Shown piece by piece: positions 30,341 through 40,407 of a DNA stretch of 63,653 nt (the stretch's first letter is position 1; every line of letters starts with the position of its first letter). Both the position numbers and the translations under genes were made by a program. A model generated the notes under the pieces. The model had not been told where the DNA came from. It saw nothing but the letters and a program-made list of their open reading frames with translations, and made no database searches. Source of the DNA: Nanobdellota archaeon (GTDB lineage Archaea; Nanobdellota; Nanobdellia; Pacearchaeales; GW2011-AR1); assembly GCA_018817405.1 (NCBI GenBank), contig JAHITZ010000046.1, positions 1 to 63,653 of the forward strand, written 5' to 3'.

Positions 30341-30735
30341 TGGTAAAAAAATCTCAGTCTGCAATTGAATTCATAATTCTTGTAGGACTAATGCTCTTCC
30401 TTTTTAGTTCATTTCTTTTTGTATTTCAGCAAAATCTTGAAAAAAAAATAGAACAAAAAAGAAACTTAGAAATCAAAGATCTTGCTTTAACAATTCAAAA
30501 CGAAATTAATATTGCAGCTGAAACAAGTTCAGGTTATCAGCGTTCATTTTCAATTCCTGAAAAAATAATAAAGTTGGATTATGGAATTTCCGTAGCTGAT
30601 GGATTTCTATATCTTAACACCTCAGACAGTAAACATGCTATTGGCTTACCAATTCCCACAGTCATCGGTGAAATTCAAAAGGGTACGAACACCATTACAA
30701 AAATTAACAGCACGGTTTATTTGAACACGCCCTAA
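30340..30735 (+). CDS. class III signal peptide pilin-like protein
   Basis: KKS|QSAIEF, GYQRSF. Confidence 0.85.
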   Translation: MVKKSQSAIEFIILVGLMLFLFSSFLFVFQQNLEKKIEQKRNLEIKDLALTIQNEINIAAETSSGYQRSFSIPEKIIKLDYGISVADGFLYLNTSDSKHAIGLPIPTVIGEIQKGTNTITKINSTVYLNTP

Positions 30736-30753
30736 CGGCTATTCTCACCTAAA

Positions 30754-31797
30754 ATGATAACCCTAGACACCAAAGACCGCAAACTCCTAACCCTCCTAGA
30801 CGAAAACGCCCGCTACTCAAACTCACAACTCGCAAGAAAAGTCGGATTAAGCAAACCAGCAATCGAATATCGCCTCTAACGCTTCAAAAAAAACAACATC
30901 ATCTTCGCTTATTACACTGTGATTGATATCACAAAACTCGGCTACTCCCAATACAAACTCTACTTCAAATTTCAAAACACAACAATTGAAAAAGAAAACC
31001 AGATAATTGATTACTGGCTAAAAGACAATTCATCAGTCTGGGTTGGACAAATCCGCGGACCCTGGGATCTGGCTGTCTCAATATTAGAAAAAAACAACTA
31101 CGATTTCGGCCAAACACTAACAAAATTCATGCAAAAATTCTCTCAATACATTTTACAAAAAGACGTCCTCCTGACAGAATACTCTCCAATGTACTCAAGA
31201 GAATATCTGACAGGCCGCGCAAACGAGCAGAGCGAGTTCATCAATAAAACGCCGCCACAAACACAGGCGTCCAATTTGCGCGGTCAAGAGAATTATTTAA
31301 AGGGTCCAAAAGAATTCCTCTACGGAATCCCCTCACAAACATATGAACTAAACGAAACAGACAAAAAAATCCTCTCGGAATTATCTAACAACGCCCGCAT
31401 CCCAATCCTCAAACTCGCAGACCTCACTCACCTCTCAAGAGACATAATAAACTACAGAATAAAAAAACTAACAAAAGAAAACATCATCGTCCAATATCGA
31501 ACATACCTCAATTTAGAAAACCTCAACATCCGACATTACAAAGTAATCTTCAGAATGAAAAACTTCTCTCCGCAAGAAGAAGAAAAAATAAAAGACTATG
31601 TAAAGAAACACGAAAAGGCAACTCAATTGCTAAAACTTATCGGCTCCTACGATTTAGAAATCGAATTTGAAGTCCAAGACGAAGATGAACTCTACAAAAT
31701 CCTCCACAACCTCAGACAAAAATTCTCATCAATCATAAGGGACTTCGACATAATCAGAATTATAAAAACTCACAAGCTAGATTTTTTTCCTTTCTAA
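30754..31797 (+). pseudogene. tandem-domain Lrp/AsnC regulator with in-frame TAA at 30877-30879
   Basis: MITLDTKDRKLLTLLDENAR...EYRL*RFKK continues in frame into ORF 30919-31797, which has a second HTH (DKKILSELSNNAR). Confidence 0.85.
31213..31285. mobile_element. palindromic element inserted in frame in the Lrp gene
   Basis: IR GGCCGCGCAAA/TTTGCGCGGTC; TCAAGAGAAT repeated at 31195 and 31284. Confidence 0.65.
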
Positions 31798-32157
31798 TCA
31801 ACCAAACAATCTTTCAATCGCTCCTCCAACCTCCCCATCTAATCCACCACCAAATCCCCTCAAAGCAAAAGAAAATAAGACAACCAAGAATATAATGATA
31901 ATGTTCAAAATAAGATAAATTATATTTTTCTTCTTGCTAAAAATATTCTCACCCAAACCACGAATAGAAAATAATGACAAGACTGGTATGATAATTCCAA
32001 TTACTGATGAAACAATAACGAACAATATCCCTTTAATATTCCATTCTAAACCATTCTCCCCAAGAGTCCGAAAAAGAATAGGAGAAGGAATATAATTACA
32101 AATCACAATAGCCATGATTGTCAAAATCGCCACAACAATAAAAATCTCTTTTTTCAT
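31798..32157 (-). CDS. small 3-TM membrane protein
   Basis: hydrophobic helices. Confidence 0.65.
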   Translation of the reverse strand: MKKEIFIVVAILTIMAIVICNYIPSPILFRTLGENGLEWNIKGILFVIVSSVIGIIIPVLSLFSIRGLGENIFSKKKNIIYLILNIIIIFLVVLFSFALRGFGGGLDGEVGGAIERLFG

Positions 32158-32188
32158 GATAATTATAATTCTTCTTCTTGTTTATAAT

Positions 32189-34060
32189 TTACTCAACAAC
32201 ACTCTTTATCCTCCTCACCCCAGAACTAACGCTCTGCTCTTTCACAATCCTAAACTTCCCAATTTCCCGCGTGTTCTTCACATGAGGTCCAGTGCAAATC
32301 TCCTTGCTAAAATACCCTTTTTTATCAGAATGGTCAACAACAGTATAAACCGAAACAAGGTCTGGGTATTTCGCTCCAAACTCGCCCTGTGCCCCGGATT
32401 CAAAAGCATCTTTCAAAGGCACCTCCTCCCGCTTAACTTCAAGCCCGTTCTCAATAACCCTGTTCACCAATTCCTCAACTTCCCGCAATTCTGAATCTGT
32501 CAACTTCCTGTAAAAACTAAAATCAAACCTAGACCTCTCTGGATTTATATTTGAACCCTTTTGCTTAACCTCTGTTTTCAAAACAATTTTCAAAGCTTCA
32601 ACCAGAATGTGCGTCGCAGTATGCAGTCTTTTTGTTTTTTCAGAATCATCTGCCAGCCCAGACTTAAACTGCCCGCTCGATGCTGTTCGGCTTAAATCTT
32701 GATGCCTCTTAAATTCATCGTTGTACTCTTCTAAATCTATCTTAACATTTTTCTCATTCGCCAACTCAACAGTCATCTCAATTGGAAACCCAAAACTCTG
32801 GAACAAAAGAAACGCCTCCCTCCCCGTAATAATCTCATCCTTCGCCACCTGCTCAAACTTCTTCAAACCTTTTTCAAGCGTCTTCTTAAACCTCTCTTCC
32901 TCTAAATCTAACTCTTCAAAAATAAATTTATGATTTCTGTGTAGCTCCTGATAATCCGGATAAATTGGCAAAACACTCTTCGCAACATGAACTGTAAAGT
33001 TATCTTCAATCCCCAAGAGTCTACCATAACGAATCGCTCTCCTAATCAGCCTCCTCAATACATAACCTTGCCCTAAATTAGAAGGCTTAATCCCTCGCTC
33101 ATCTCCAAGAATGAAAACAGCCGCCTTGATATGATCTGCAATAATTCGCATCGCTCGTTTATTAGAAGAAATATTACTCAACACAGACGAATTATTATCT
33201 CCAAGAACACGTTTCATGGAGGGCGGGTGGGCACCATCCCCCACAACAGATTCATCATACTTCCTCTCACTCAACTTCTCAATTTCTTGAATTATCGGCC
33301 AAAACTCTGGTGTTTTATAATTATCATCCAACCCAAGTAAAACCGCAACCGTCCTCTCAACTCCGCCCCCAAAATCCACGTTCTTTTGTTCCAAACCTTC
33401 GTATTTACCCTCCCCAACTTTATTATACTGCATCAAAACATCATTCCCTATTTCAACCCATCTTTTATCTTCAACATCAAACTTTTCTGGCAGCTCCTTG
33501 TCTGAACCAATCCAATAAAACATCTCAGTGTCTGGCCCACACGGCCCGCTCTCTCCAGCAGGTTCCCACCAATTCTCTGCCTTACTAAGAAACGCAATCC
33601 TCTCATCCTTTACTCCAAGTCGCCTCCAAACCTCTGCACTTTCCACATCACGCGGAGCATCTTTATCTCCAGCAAAACAACTCACAGCTATCTTCTCTTT
33701 CTCAAAACCCAAAACCTTAGTCAAAAACTCAAAAGAGTACTCAATCGCCTCCTTCTTCCAATAATCCCCAAGCGACCAATTCCCCAACATCTCAAAGAAA
33801 GTGTGGTGCGTCTCATTCCCAACTTCATCAATATCTCTAGTCCTAATGCATTTTTGCACATTCACCAATCTCCTACCAAGTGGATGTCCCTGCCCTTGTA
33901 AATAAGGAACTAAAGGGTGCATCCCAGCAGTCGTAAACAACACAGTCGGATCATTCTCCGGAATCAAACTCGCACTGGGAATCTCCCGATGGTGCTTCGA
34001 CTTAAAGAATTCAATAAATTTCTTTATCAGTTCCCAACGGTTTTTTATTTTGCCTGCCAT
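32189..34060 (-). CDS. alaS: alanine--tRNA ligase (short form) with an apparent ~30-aa insertion
   Basis: FTTAGMHP, HHTFFEMLGN, GPCGP, HTATH and CTGPH editing motifs. Confidence 0.95.
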   Translation of the reverse strand: MAGKIKNRWELIKKFIEFFKSKHHREIPSASLIPENDPTVLFTTAGMHPLVPYLQGQGHPLGRRLVNVQKCIRTRDIDEVGNETHHTFFEMLGNWSLGDYWKKEAIEYSFEFLTKVLGFEKEKIAVSCFAGDKDAPRDVESAEVWRRLGVKDERIAFLSKAENWWEPAGESGPCGPDTEMFYWIGSDKELPEKFDVEDKRWVEIGNDVLMQYNKVGEGKYEGLEQKNVDFGGGVERTVAVLLGLDDNYKTPEFWPIIQEIEKLSERKYDESVVGDGAHPPSMKRVLGDNNSSVLSNISSNKRAMRIIADHIKAAVFILGDERGIKPSNLGQGYVLRRLIRRAIRYGRLLGIEDNFTVHVAKSVLPIYPDYQELHRNHKFIFEELDLEEERFKKTLEKGLKKFEQVAKDEIITGREAFLLFQSFGFPIEMTVELANEKNVKIDLEEYNDEFKRHQDLSRTASSGQFKSGLADDSEKTKRLHTATHILVEALKIVLKTEVKQKGSNINPERSRFDFSFYRKLTDSELREVEELVNRVIENGLEVKREEVPLKDAFESGAQGEFGAKYPDLVSVYTVVDHSDKKGYFSKEICTGPHVKNTREIGKFRIVKEQSVSSGVRRIKSVVE

Positions 34061-34096
34061 AACTAATCAAAAAACAGATTGTATATAAAACTTTCA

Positions 34097-35552
34097 CTAA
34101 ACGAGTGTTCTCTTTCCCTTAAAGGTCTTTCCTTTATCAGGACTTTCAAAAACCCTGAGGTTGACCCCATCTCTATCTGTCAACCCTCTAACAACAGGCG
34201 TTAAAACTCTAGCATTATTCAAACCATAAGTATTAAGCTTCCAGTTTTCAGGACCAACATATGTCCCAAACTTCCCATATCCTGTCAAAGTCCCAATGTC
34301 ATAACTCGCAGCTCCCACCCCATCGACTTTATAAGCTAAAACACCTTCAATAACACCCCTCTGCTGACTAAACTCCCTTTCCTTAAACCATCTCCTCCCA
34401 ACAGTTCTAATTGGATCCATTTCCTCAAAAAAAACAATAGATCTTCCAACGCCACCAACAGTCTGCGCGGCCCCAATCCCAGAACCCTCCAATTTTCTTC
34501 CAAACTCAGAAATTAAATAATCTCTAAGAGCATCTCCTTCCAAAAAAGAGCCCTCTCCTGATCGCGATGTGCCTGATGAAGGAAAAATTAGAATGTCCCC
34601 TATCCAATTGACCAAATCTACCCTAACTTTTTCACCTTTTTCTTTTCCAATCCTCGCTGCAACACCAAGCACACTATCTAAAAAGTTTTTCGAATATGCC
34701 CAAGCCCGTAGTTTTCCACGATCCTCTCGCTCCACCACACCCAATTGAATAAAACCCTCCTTACCTTCTGCTGGCTTGTAAATACAAATAGCACGTTCCA
34801 AAGATTCAGGTTCATTTACAATCTTCACATAAGTACCCAGCAAATAACCAGAGTCCTGAATCACTCTAAACGCAAGATCTCCAAATCTCTCATTATAATG
34901 GGCCCCACCATTCTGTCTGCCATTCCCATTTCCACCAACACCCTCAGCCTCCTTCTCTAAAACACCAGGCACAATTTCCCTAACAAAAAAAGCATTTTCC
35001 GGAACAGATACAACACTCTGATATTCTTTCCCACAACCTCCACAAAACCCTTTTTCCGCAGGAACAACAAAATTCTTCCCTCTTCGCCCACACTCCGCAT
35101 CATTACAGACACCATACCAAGCCACATTTCTCTTAACAACTCCCTCACCAAGCCCCTCCCCCCCATCAACCAACTCTCCAGCATCTTCTCCAGCTTCTTC
35201 AGTATCAAGGTTAATCCCATCAAAATGGATACAAAGTCACAGAAGTTCTAACCATCGGTACTAAATCAGGTTGCTCCGAAAGGATCTTATATTTCAATTC
35301 ACAACTCCCCCCTGTGCCATCAGCATCAGCCAACGCCTCACTAGCCTCTCCACTCTCAGCAGGCACTTCCAAAACATCAAAAACCCCCAACGCCTTCAAC
35401 CTATCATTAAACACTTCTCGGTCTGCCTCACTAAACCGACCTATCTGAATCGGTTCTGCACTTTGCTTCGGAGGACGATGCGTCACATAAGATTCAGGAT
35501 CAAATCCATCTTCATCTTCTCTCGTTCCATCCTTAACAGCTTCTTCACTCAT
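34097..35552 (-). pseudogene. hypothetical Zn-ribbon protein split by a +1 frameshift at 35222-35225
   Basis: removing one T joins ...TLYPF to DGINLDTEEAGEDAGELVDG... of ORF 34097-35173; CNDAEC...CGGC motif. Confidence 0.65.
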
Positions 35553-35599
35553 AGAAATCCCACAAGAGAATTCTATTTAAACATTTATACAACAGAAGA

Positions 35600-35941
35600 C
35601 TACATCCCCCTATTCAACTTTCCCAACTTTGCCCTTATCTTATCAATCTCCTCCTGCAACGACAACTTCCTTTCCCTTTTCTTCCTTTCCTTCTCCCCCG
35701 CCAGCCCAACAGGAACTTTATAATGCGCCTTTGGCAAAATTCTCTCCAGTTTATCAATCCATGTAAGAGTCTCCTCAGTCTTATTCTTCAAAGCAACTTT
35801 CAAAACAAGTTCTTCATTTCTTAAAGACCTGTATTTCTGAAAACTCTGAATTAAATTCAAAAGTTCCAACTGGCTGCTAAGCAAATGCTTCTTCCCGTAA
35901 TCTTTTTCCGGCGGAGATAACCTAATGTATTCGGACTTCAT
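35600..35941 (-). CDS. coiled-coil hypothetical protein
   Basis: 113 aa, helical, ends LQEEIDKIRAKL. Confidence 0.8.
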   Translation of the reverse strand: MKSEYIRLSPPEKDYGKKHLLSSQLELLNLIQSFQKYRSLRNEELVLKVALKNKTEETLTWIDKLERILPKAHYKVPVGLAGEKERKKRERKLSLQEEIDKIRAKLGKLNRGM

Positions 35942-36013
35942 CTTCTCCTGCCTCCTGAAGTCGGAATGCTTGAAAATTTCCTGTTTTCATTGTATTCGGA
36001 CTTCATCTTCTCC
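35926..36013. repeat. 23-bp exact direct repeat enclosing an inverted copy
   Basis: TGTATTCGGACTTCATCTTCTCC at 35926 and 35991; TGAAGTCGGAATGC at 35956 is 12/14 complementary. Confidence 0.9.
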
Positions 36014-36126
36014 ACCCTCTAAAATAATTAAACTCATTATTAACTCCCTCAATAAAATATCCAAATACATTACGTCCTTTCCATGTTCTTTTATTAATTA
36101 TTCTTAACATCTTTGCATAGCTTTTA

Positions 36127-36789
36127 TTATTCCACCTTCTCAAAAATATTTTCTGAAACAGTCTGAACTCTGCTTTTAAGATGTATCAGGTCCTTTTCCC
36201 AAGAAGTAATTTCTTGCTCTTCTCTCAACTTTGTTTCTCTAATTTTCTTCACAAGATCGTTTATATCTTCTAACTTGCTTCCTACTTCTGTCAAAGCCTT
36301 TCTAGCAGAATGAAATTTATCAATCCTAACAAAAACATCTGCAGAGCTTGGCTCTGGAACTTTGGCTCTCACAATTCTTGGAGGCGGCTCAACAACATAT
36401 CTTGGCTCGGGTTCAGATTCACTTTCTTCTACTTCTTCTAATCCAGAATGCTCTGGAAACTCAAGTCCTTGTCCTCCAGTTTGAGAAGTTGAAGGATGCC
36501 ATTCTTCCATCTCCATAAGCTTGACTTCTTTCTCTTCTTCTGGTCTTGTAGAAATAGAGGGATGTAAAAATGTATCTTTCCTTTCAGACCACCCAGTATC
36601 TCCTGACTCTTTCTCTTTTACAATTTCTTTTGTCTCCTTACCCTCTGGCTTAGGAAATGCAGGAACAGAACCCTCCCATTTACTCACACTTTCCCGCGAA
36701 GCAACATTTCCTTTTGCACCAGGAAAGGATCCAGGCAAAGGAGGCAAATCAGGCAGTTTCGACTCATCCTCTTTTTTCTTAAAGAACAT
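36127..36789 (-). CDS. Pro/Glu-rich protein with C-terminal coiled coil
   Basis: LPDLPPLP N-terminus, VFVRIDKF and coiled coil; GAGG RBS. Confidence 0.8.
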   Translation of the reverse strand: MFFKKKEDESKLPDLPPLPGSFPGAKGNVASRESVSKWEGSVPAFPKPEGKETKEIVKEKESGDTGWSERKDTFLHPSISTRPEEEKEVKLMEMEEWHPSTSQTGGQGLEFPEHSGLEEVEESESEPEPRYVVEPPPRIVRAKVPEPSSADVFVRIDKFHSARKALTEVGSKLEDINDLVKKIRETKLREEQEITSWEKDLIHLKSRVQTVSENIFEKVE

Positions 36790-36878
36790 TTTAACCTCAT
36801 ATCTTACAAGAAATTACACTATAAAAAGTTATCTTTCAATTCGATGTCCCAGATACCAACAAAAGATATACTGAACAA

Positions 36879-37124
36879 CAGCATATCCGCACAAAAATAA
36901 AAATTGCGGATTTATTCCCCCTTGGGTTTAATACCACGCAGCTTGCTACGAGTGAACGAAGTGAATGTGGGATAGCGAATTTCAGGAAATCTATTTATTT
37001 TTTGCAACAAATAATCAATTTCGTGCGGGAAAAATTCAACGACGAAAATTGCACGAAATTGAACCAGCAGGGTGGGTTGGGTGGGAGCAAAAAATAAATT
37101 TGGAGAGTCTATGCAGGGATACTG
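36879..37124. mobile_element. MITE family A, copy 2
   Basis: CAG...CTG ends, 5-bp TSD AACAA, high identity to 2586-2819. Confidence 0.85.
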
Positions 37125-37167
37125 AACAAACCAAAAACTTTTTAACCCAACTTTCTCAATTAAATGG

Positions 37168-37986
37168 ATGCAAGAGAGACTTCTTAAAAAGATAATAACT
37201 GATTGCGCAGGTCCAGAATCAGAAAAGCTAGTAGACATCTTATATAAAAAACAAAATGTAAACGAATTTCTTATTGCAAAAAAACTAGACCTAACAATAA
37301 ATCAAACAAGAAATATGTTATACAAACTTGCCGACTCTGGCTTGGTCCAGTTCATCAGAAAAAAAGATAAGAAAAAAGGCGGATGGTACACTTACTTCTG
37401 GACTCTTAAGACTAAAAGAAGCCTATTTAAATACAAAGAAAAAATTCTAAAAGAAAGCACAAGCCTAGAAAGTCGGTTAAAAAGCCTGGAAACAGAACGC
37501 CATTTTTACTGTGAAAATTGCGACATTGAGTACAACGAAGAAAACGCGCTGCTTCAGGATTACACTTGCCCAGAATGCGGGGAAATCTTAAAGATGAAAA
37601 ATCCTGCAGAGTTTACAGGACACATAAAAAAAGAAATTAAGGGATTACAGGAAATACAATCACAAATAAATGAAGAGATAAAAAACGTAGAAGCAAAAGA
37701 GGAAAAATCAAAAGAAAGAAGACTAAAAGTTGAAAAAAAGGAGAAAGAAGAAGAAAGAAAAAAGAGAAAATTAGAAAGAGATAAAGAAAAAAAGAAAGCT
37801 GAAAAAGGCAAGAAAAAAATAAAAAAGAAATCTGTTAAAAAATTCAAAGGAAAAAAGAAAAAACAGAAAACAAAAAAAAGACCTGGTAAAAAGAAATTTC
37901 AAAAGAAAGTCCTGAAGAAAAGAGATAAGACTAAAAGTTCTCTATTCAAGGCGCTAAAACGGTTTTCTAATAAAGGAAGGAAATGA
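37168..37986 (+). CDS. tfe: transcription factor E (TFIIE-alpha) with long basic tail
   Basis: wHTH INQTRNMLYKL, GWYTYFW, CENC...CPECG. Confidence 0.92.
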   Translation: MQERLLKKIITDCAGPESEKLVDILYKKQNVNEFLIAKKLDLTINQTRNMLYKLADSGLVQFIRKKDKKKGGWYTYFWTLKTKRSLFKYKEKILKESTSLESRLKSLETERHFYCENCDIEYNEENALLQDYTCPECGEILKMKNPAEFTGHIKKEIKGLQEIQSQINEEIKNVEAKEEKSKERRLKVEKKEKEEERKKRKLERDKEKKKAEKGKKKIKKKSVKKFKGKKKKQKTKKRPGKKKFQKKVLKKRDKTKSSLFKALKRFSNKGRK

Positions 37987-38684
37987 ATTATTACATAAAG
38001 AAAAAAAAGAGAAAAAGCCTCATAGGCAGAATAAAATTTTCTGTGGTAGCTTGGCTGATAATCATTAACATCATTGCTTCAATAATTGGTTTTTTCTTGT
38101 TTGCTCTTTCAGAAGATTACATAAACTACATTGCACTTAAACCAGAAAACATTTTGCAGGGAAAATTTTTATGGACTCTTATCACTCACATGTTCGTCCA
38201 CGGGGGCATTGGACACCTCCTGATAAACATGTTTGTTCTCTTTTCTCTTGGAGGATTATGTGAAAAAATTATCGGCAGAAAACGCTTTTTGTGGTTTTAT
38301 ATTCTTTCAGGTTTATTTGCAGGGATTCTCTCTGTTCTTCTTGCAGGCTTTTTTGGCCTCACTGACTTAGGACAAAGAATCTTCGGCTCTCCAGACATCT
38401 TCATGGTCGGAGCTAGCGGTGCAATCTTTGCTATCGCAGGTCTCTACGTCGTCCTTCTCCCACGCCTGAAGTTTATGATAATCTTCCTACCTTTCTTTTC
38501 CCTACCAGCATACGTAATGGTTCCACTAGTCCTCTTCATTATGTGGGGCGTCTCAATCCTTTTCAATTGGCCAATCGGCAACGTCGCTCACTTCGGGGGA
38601 TTTCTAGCAGGAATTATTTATGGTTCTTACCTTCGCACAAGATACAGAAAAAAAGTCCAAAGACTGCAGGGAAGGTTTAGGTAA
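37983..38684 (+). CDS. rhomboid intramembrane serine protease
   Basis: HLLINM, GASGA, AHFGG. Confidence 0.93.
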   Translation: MNYYIKKKKRKSLIGRIKFSVVAWLIIINIIASIIGFFLFALSEDYINYIALKPENILQGKFLWTLITHMFVHGGIGHLLINMFVLFSLGGLCEKIIGRKRFLWFYILSGLFAGILSVLLAGFFGLTDLGQRIFGSPDIFMVGASGAIFAIAGLYVVLLPRLKFMIIFLPFFSLPAYVMVPLVLFIMWGVSILFNWPIGNVAHFGGFLAGIIYGSYLRTRYRKKVQRLQGRFR

Positions 38685-38836
38685 TAAGACCAGACAATAT
38701 AAACTACAATAGTTTTGTTACATAATTTGAAGAGATAACACAATCCTTACAATCTGTTCGGAGTTATAATTATTTTTCTTCATACAATCTTTCTTCCTAC
38801 AAATACATTTTAAAACTCCATTTCCCAAATAGTACT

Positions 38837-39427
38837 ATGAAAAATAAAAAATATCTCTCAATAAAAACCCAATTCAAAGAAGCTCTTTCCTATTTAAAAG
38901 AAACCAAGAATTACATTTACATCTCAATATTTATCTTTCTTCTTGGCTCAATCTTCGGATTCCTCTTCAGCTCCCACCTGATATTTATTGATAAATACCT
39001 AGCAGAATTAATAGCAAAAACAGCTGACCTGAACACAACAGAAATGGTTTTCTTTATCCTTCAAAACAATCTTCAAAGCTCTTTTTTCTCTATCCTCTTC
39101 GGTATTTTCCTAGGAATTTTTCCACTGCTAAGCAACATCACAAACGGAGTTGTATTGGGGTATGTATTAGCAAAAACTTATGAAATCTCAGGTTTTGTCT
39201 CTTGGTGGCGCCTCATCCCCCACGGCATCTTTGAACTGCCAGCAATCTTCATTTCATTCGGCCTCGGAGTTAAACTCGGCTTTTCCATCTTCTTCAACAA
39301 AAAAACCCGCATCAAAGAATTCAAACGCCGGTTCTACAATTCAATCAACACCTTCCTAATATTCATCATTCCCCTTCTAATCTTGGCTGCAATTATTGAA
39401 GGTCTATTGATTGGTTTTCTTATGTAA
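38837..39427 (+). CDS. SpoIIM/DUF95-family membrane protein
   Basis: ILQNN, NG, PHGIFELPA, AAIIE. Confidence 0.9.
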   Translation: MKNKKYLSIKTQFKEALSYLKETKNYIYISIFIFLLGSIFGFLFSSHLIFIDKYLAELIAKTADLNTTEMVFFILQNNLQSSFFSILFGIFLGIFPLLSNITNGVVLGYVLAKTYEISGFVSWWRLIPHGIFELPAIFISFGLGVKLGFSIFFNKKTRIKEFKRRFYNSINTFLIFIIPLLILAAIIEGLLIGFLM

Positions 39428-39485
39428 TCAAAAGCTATTTATACCTTTACTAATGACATAAATCATAGTTTACAAACTAAGACTC

Positions 39486-39824
39486 ATGTCCTGTTCGTGG
39501 GGGACAAAGGAAGGAGATGATACTTTTTTGGTGAAGACGTATTCTAAAAGAAAATCTGACACGCTTGATGATTTTGTTGTTGATTTTTTTGAAAAATTAA
39601 GGGCAAGATTTACAGTGTATGATCCAGACGGAGACGAAACAGTCTATTACGCAGTTTGTAATAGAACAAACTATAAGCAACATTTTTCCTGGGGATTTAA
39701 TTTGGTCTTAACAGAAGATTCCAAGGGACAAGTAGAACCTTACAAATTTCCCCACAGGGTCAAACAATTAACAAAGTTAAATCGGTGGGGTATTGCCATA
39801 GAAACAGCAATTTTAGTTTCATAA
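39486..39824 (+). CDS. hypothetical accessory protein
   Basis: 112-aa ORF with atypical composition. Confidence 0.55.
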   Translation: MSCSWGTKEGDDTFLVKTYSKRKSDTLDDFVVDFFEKLRARFTVYDPDGDETVYYAVCNRTNYKQHFSWGFNLVLTEDSKGQVEPYKFPHRVKQLTKLNRWGIAIETAILVS

Positions 39825-39872
39825 TCTTGCTGCCACAACAAAACTTTAAAACTCCCCTCCCCACTTATTCTT

Positions 39873-40406
39873 ATGTCTTTAGACCATATAACTAAAAAAA
39901 GCGTGGAAGAACTTGACTCTGAGATTGAACTTCAAAATACCAAAAAAATAGAGGCAGCTCTCTTCCTCTCAGGAAGACCTATGTCTCTCCAAGAACTAAT
40001 CACTCTGACAGATGTCAACCCTATTCTCCTGAAAAAAACCCTCTCTGACTTAGAAGATAAATACAAAAATTCAGGAATAAACATCATCAAGCAGGAAAAT
40101 ACCTGGAAAATGGACGTTGCCGAAGATTTTGTTGAAATGGTAAACAAACTTGCCACTGGCTCCAGCGAATTCACAAAAGCAGAACAAGAAACCCTTGCAA
40201 TCATCGCTTACAAACAGCCAATCAAGCAGTCTGTCATTGTTAAAATCCGTGGAAACAAAGCATACGACCACATAAAAAATTTCGTTAACCTTAGTTTGGT
40301 AAACAAAAAAAAGACAGGCCATACTGCTGAACTCTCCCTGACAGAAAAATTTTACGACTATTTCCACGTAACTAAAGGGAACTCCTTCCAAAGTTCAGAG
40401 GTGTAA
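39873..40406 (+). CDS. scpB: SMC-Scp complex subunit ScpB
   Basis: IEAALF, ETLAIIAYKQPI, IRG, TEKFYDYF. Confidence 0.93.
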   Translation: MSLDHITKKSVEELDSEIELQNTKKIEAALFLSGRPMSLQELITLTDVNPILLKKTLSDLEDKYKNSGINIIKQENTWKMDVAEDFVEMVNKLATGSSEFTKAEQETLAIIAYKQPIKQSVIVKIRGNKAYDHIKNFVNLSLVNKKKTGHTAELSLTEKFYDYFHVTKGNSFQSSEV

Positions 40407-40407
40407 G

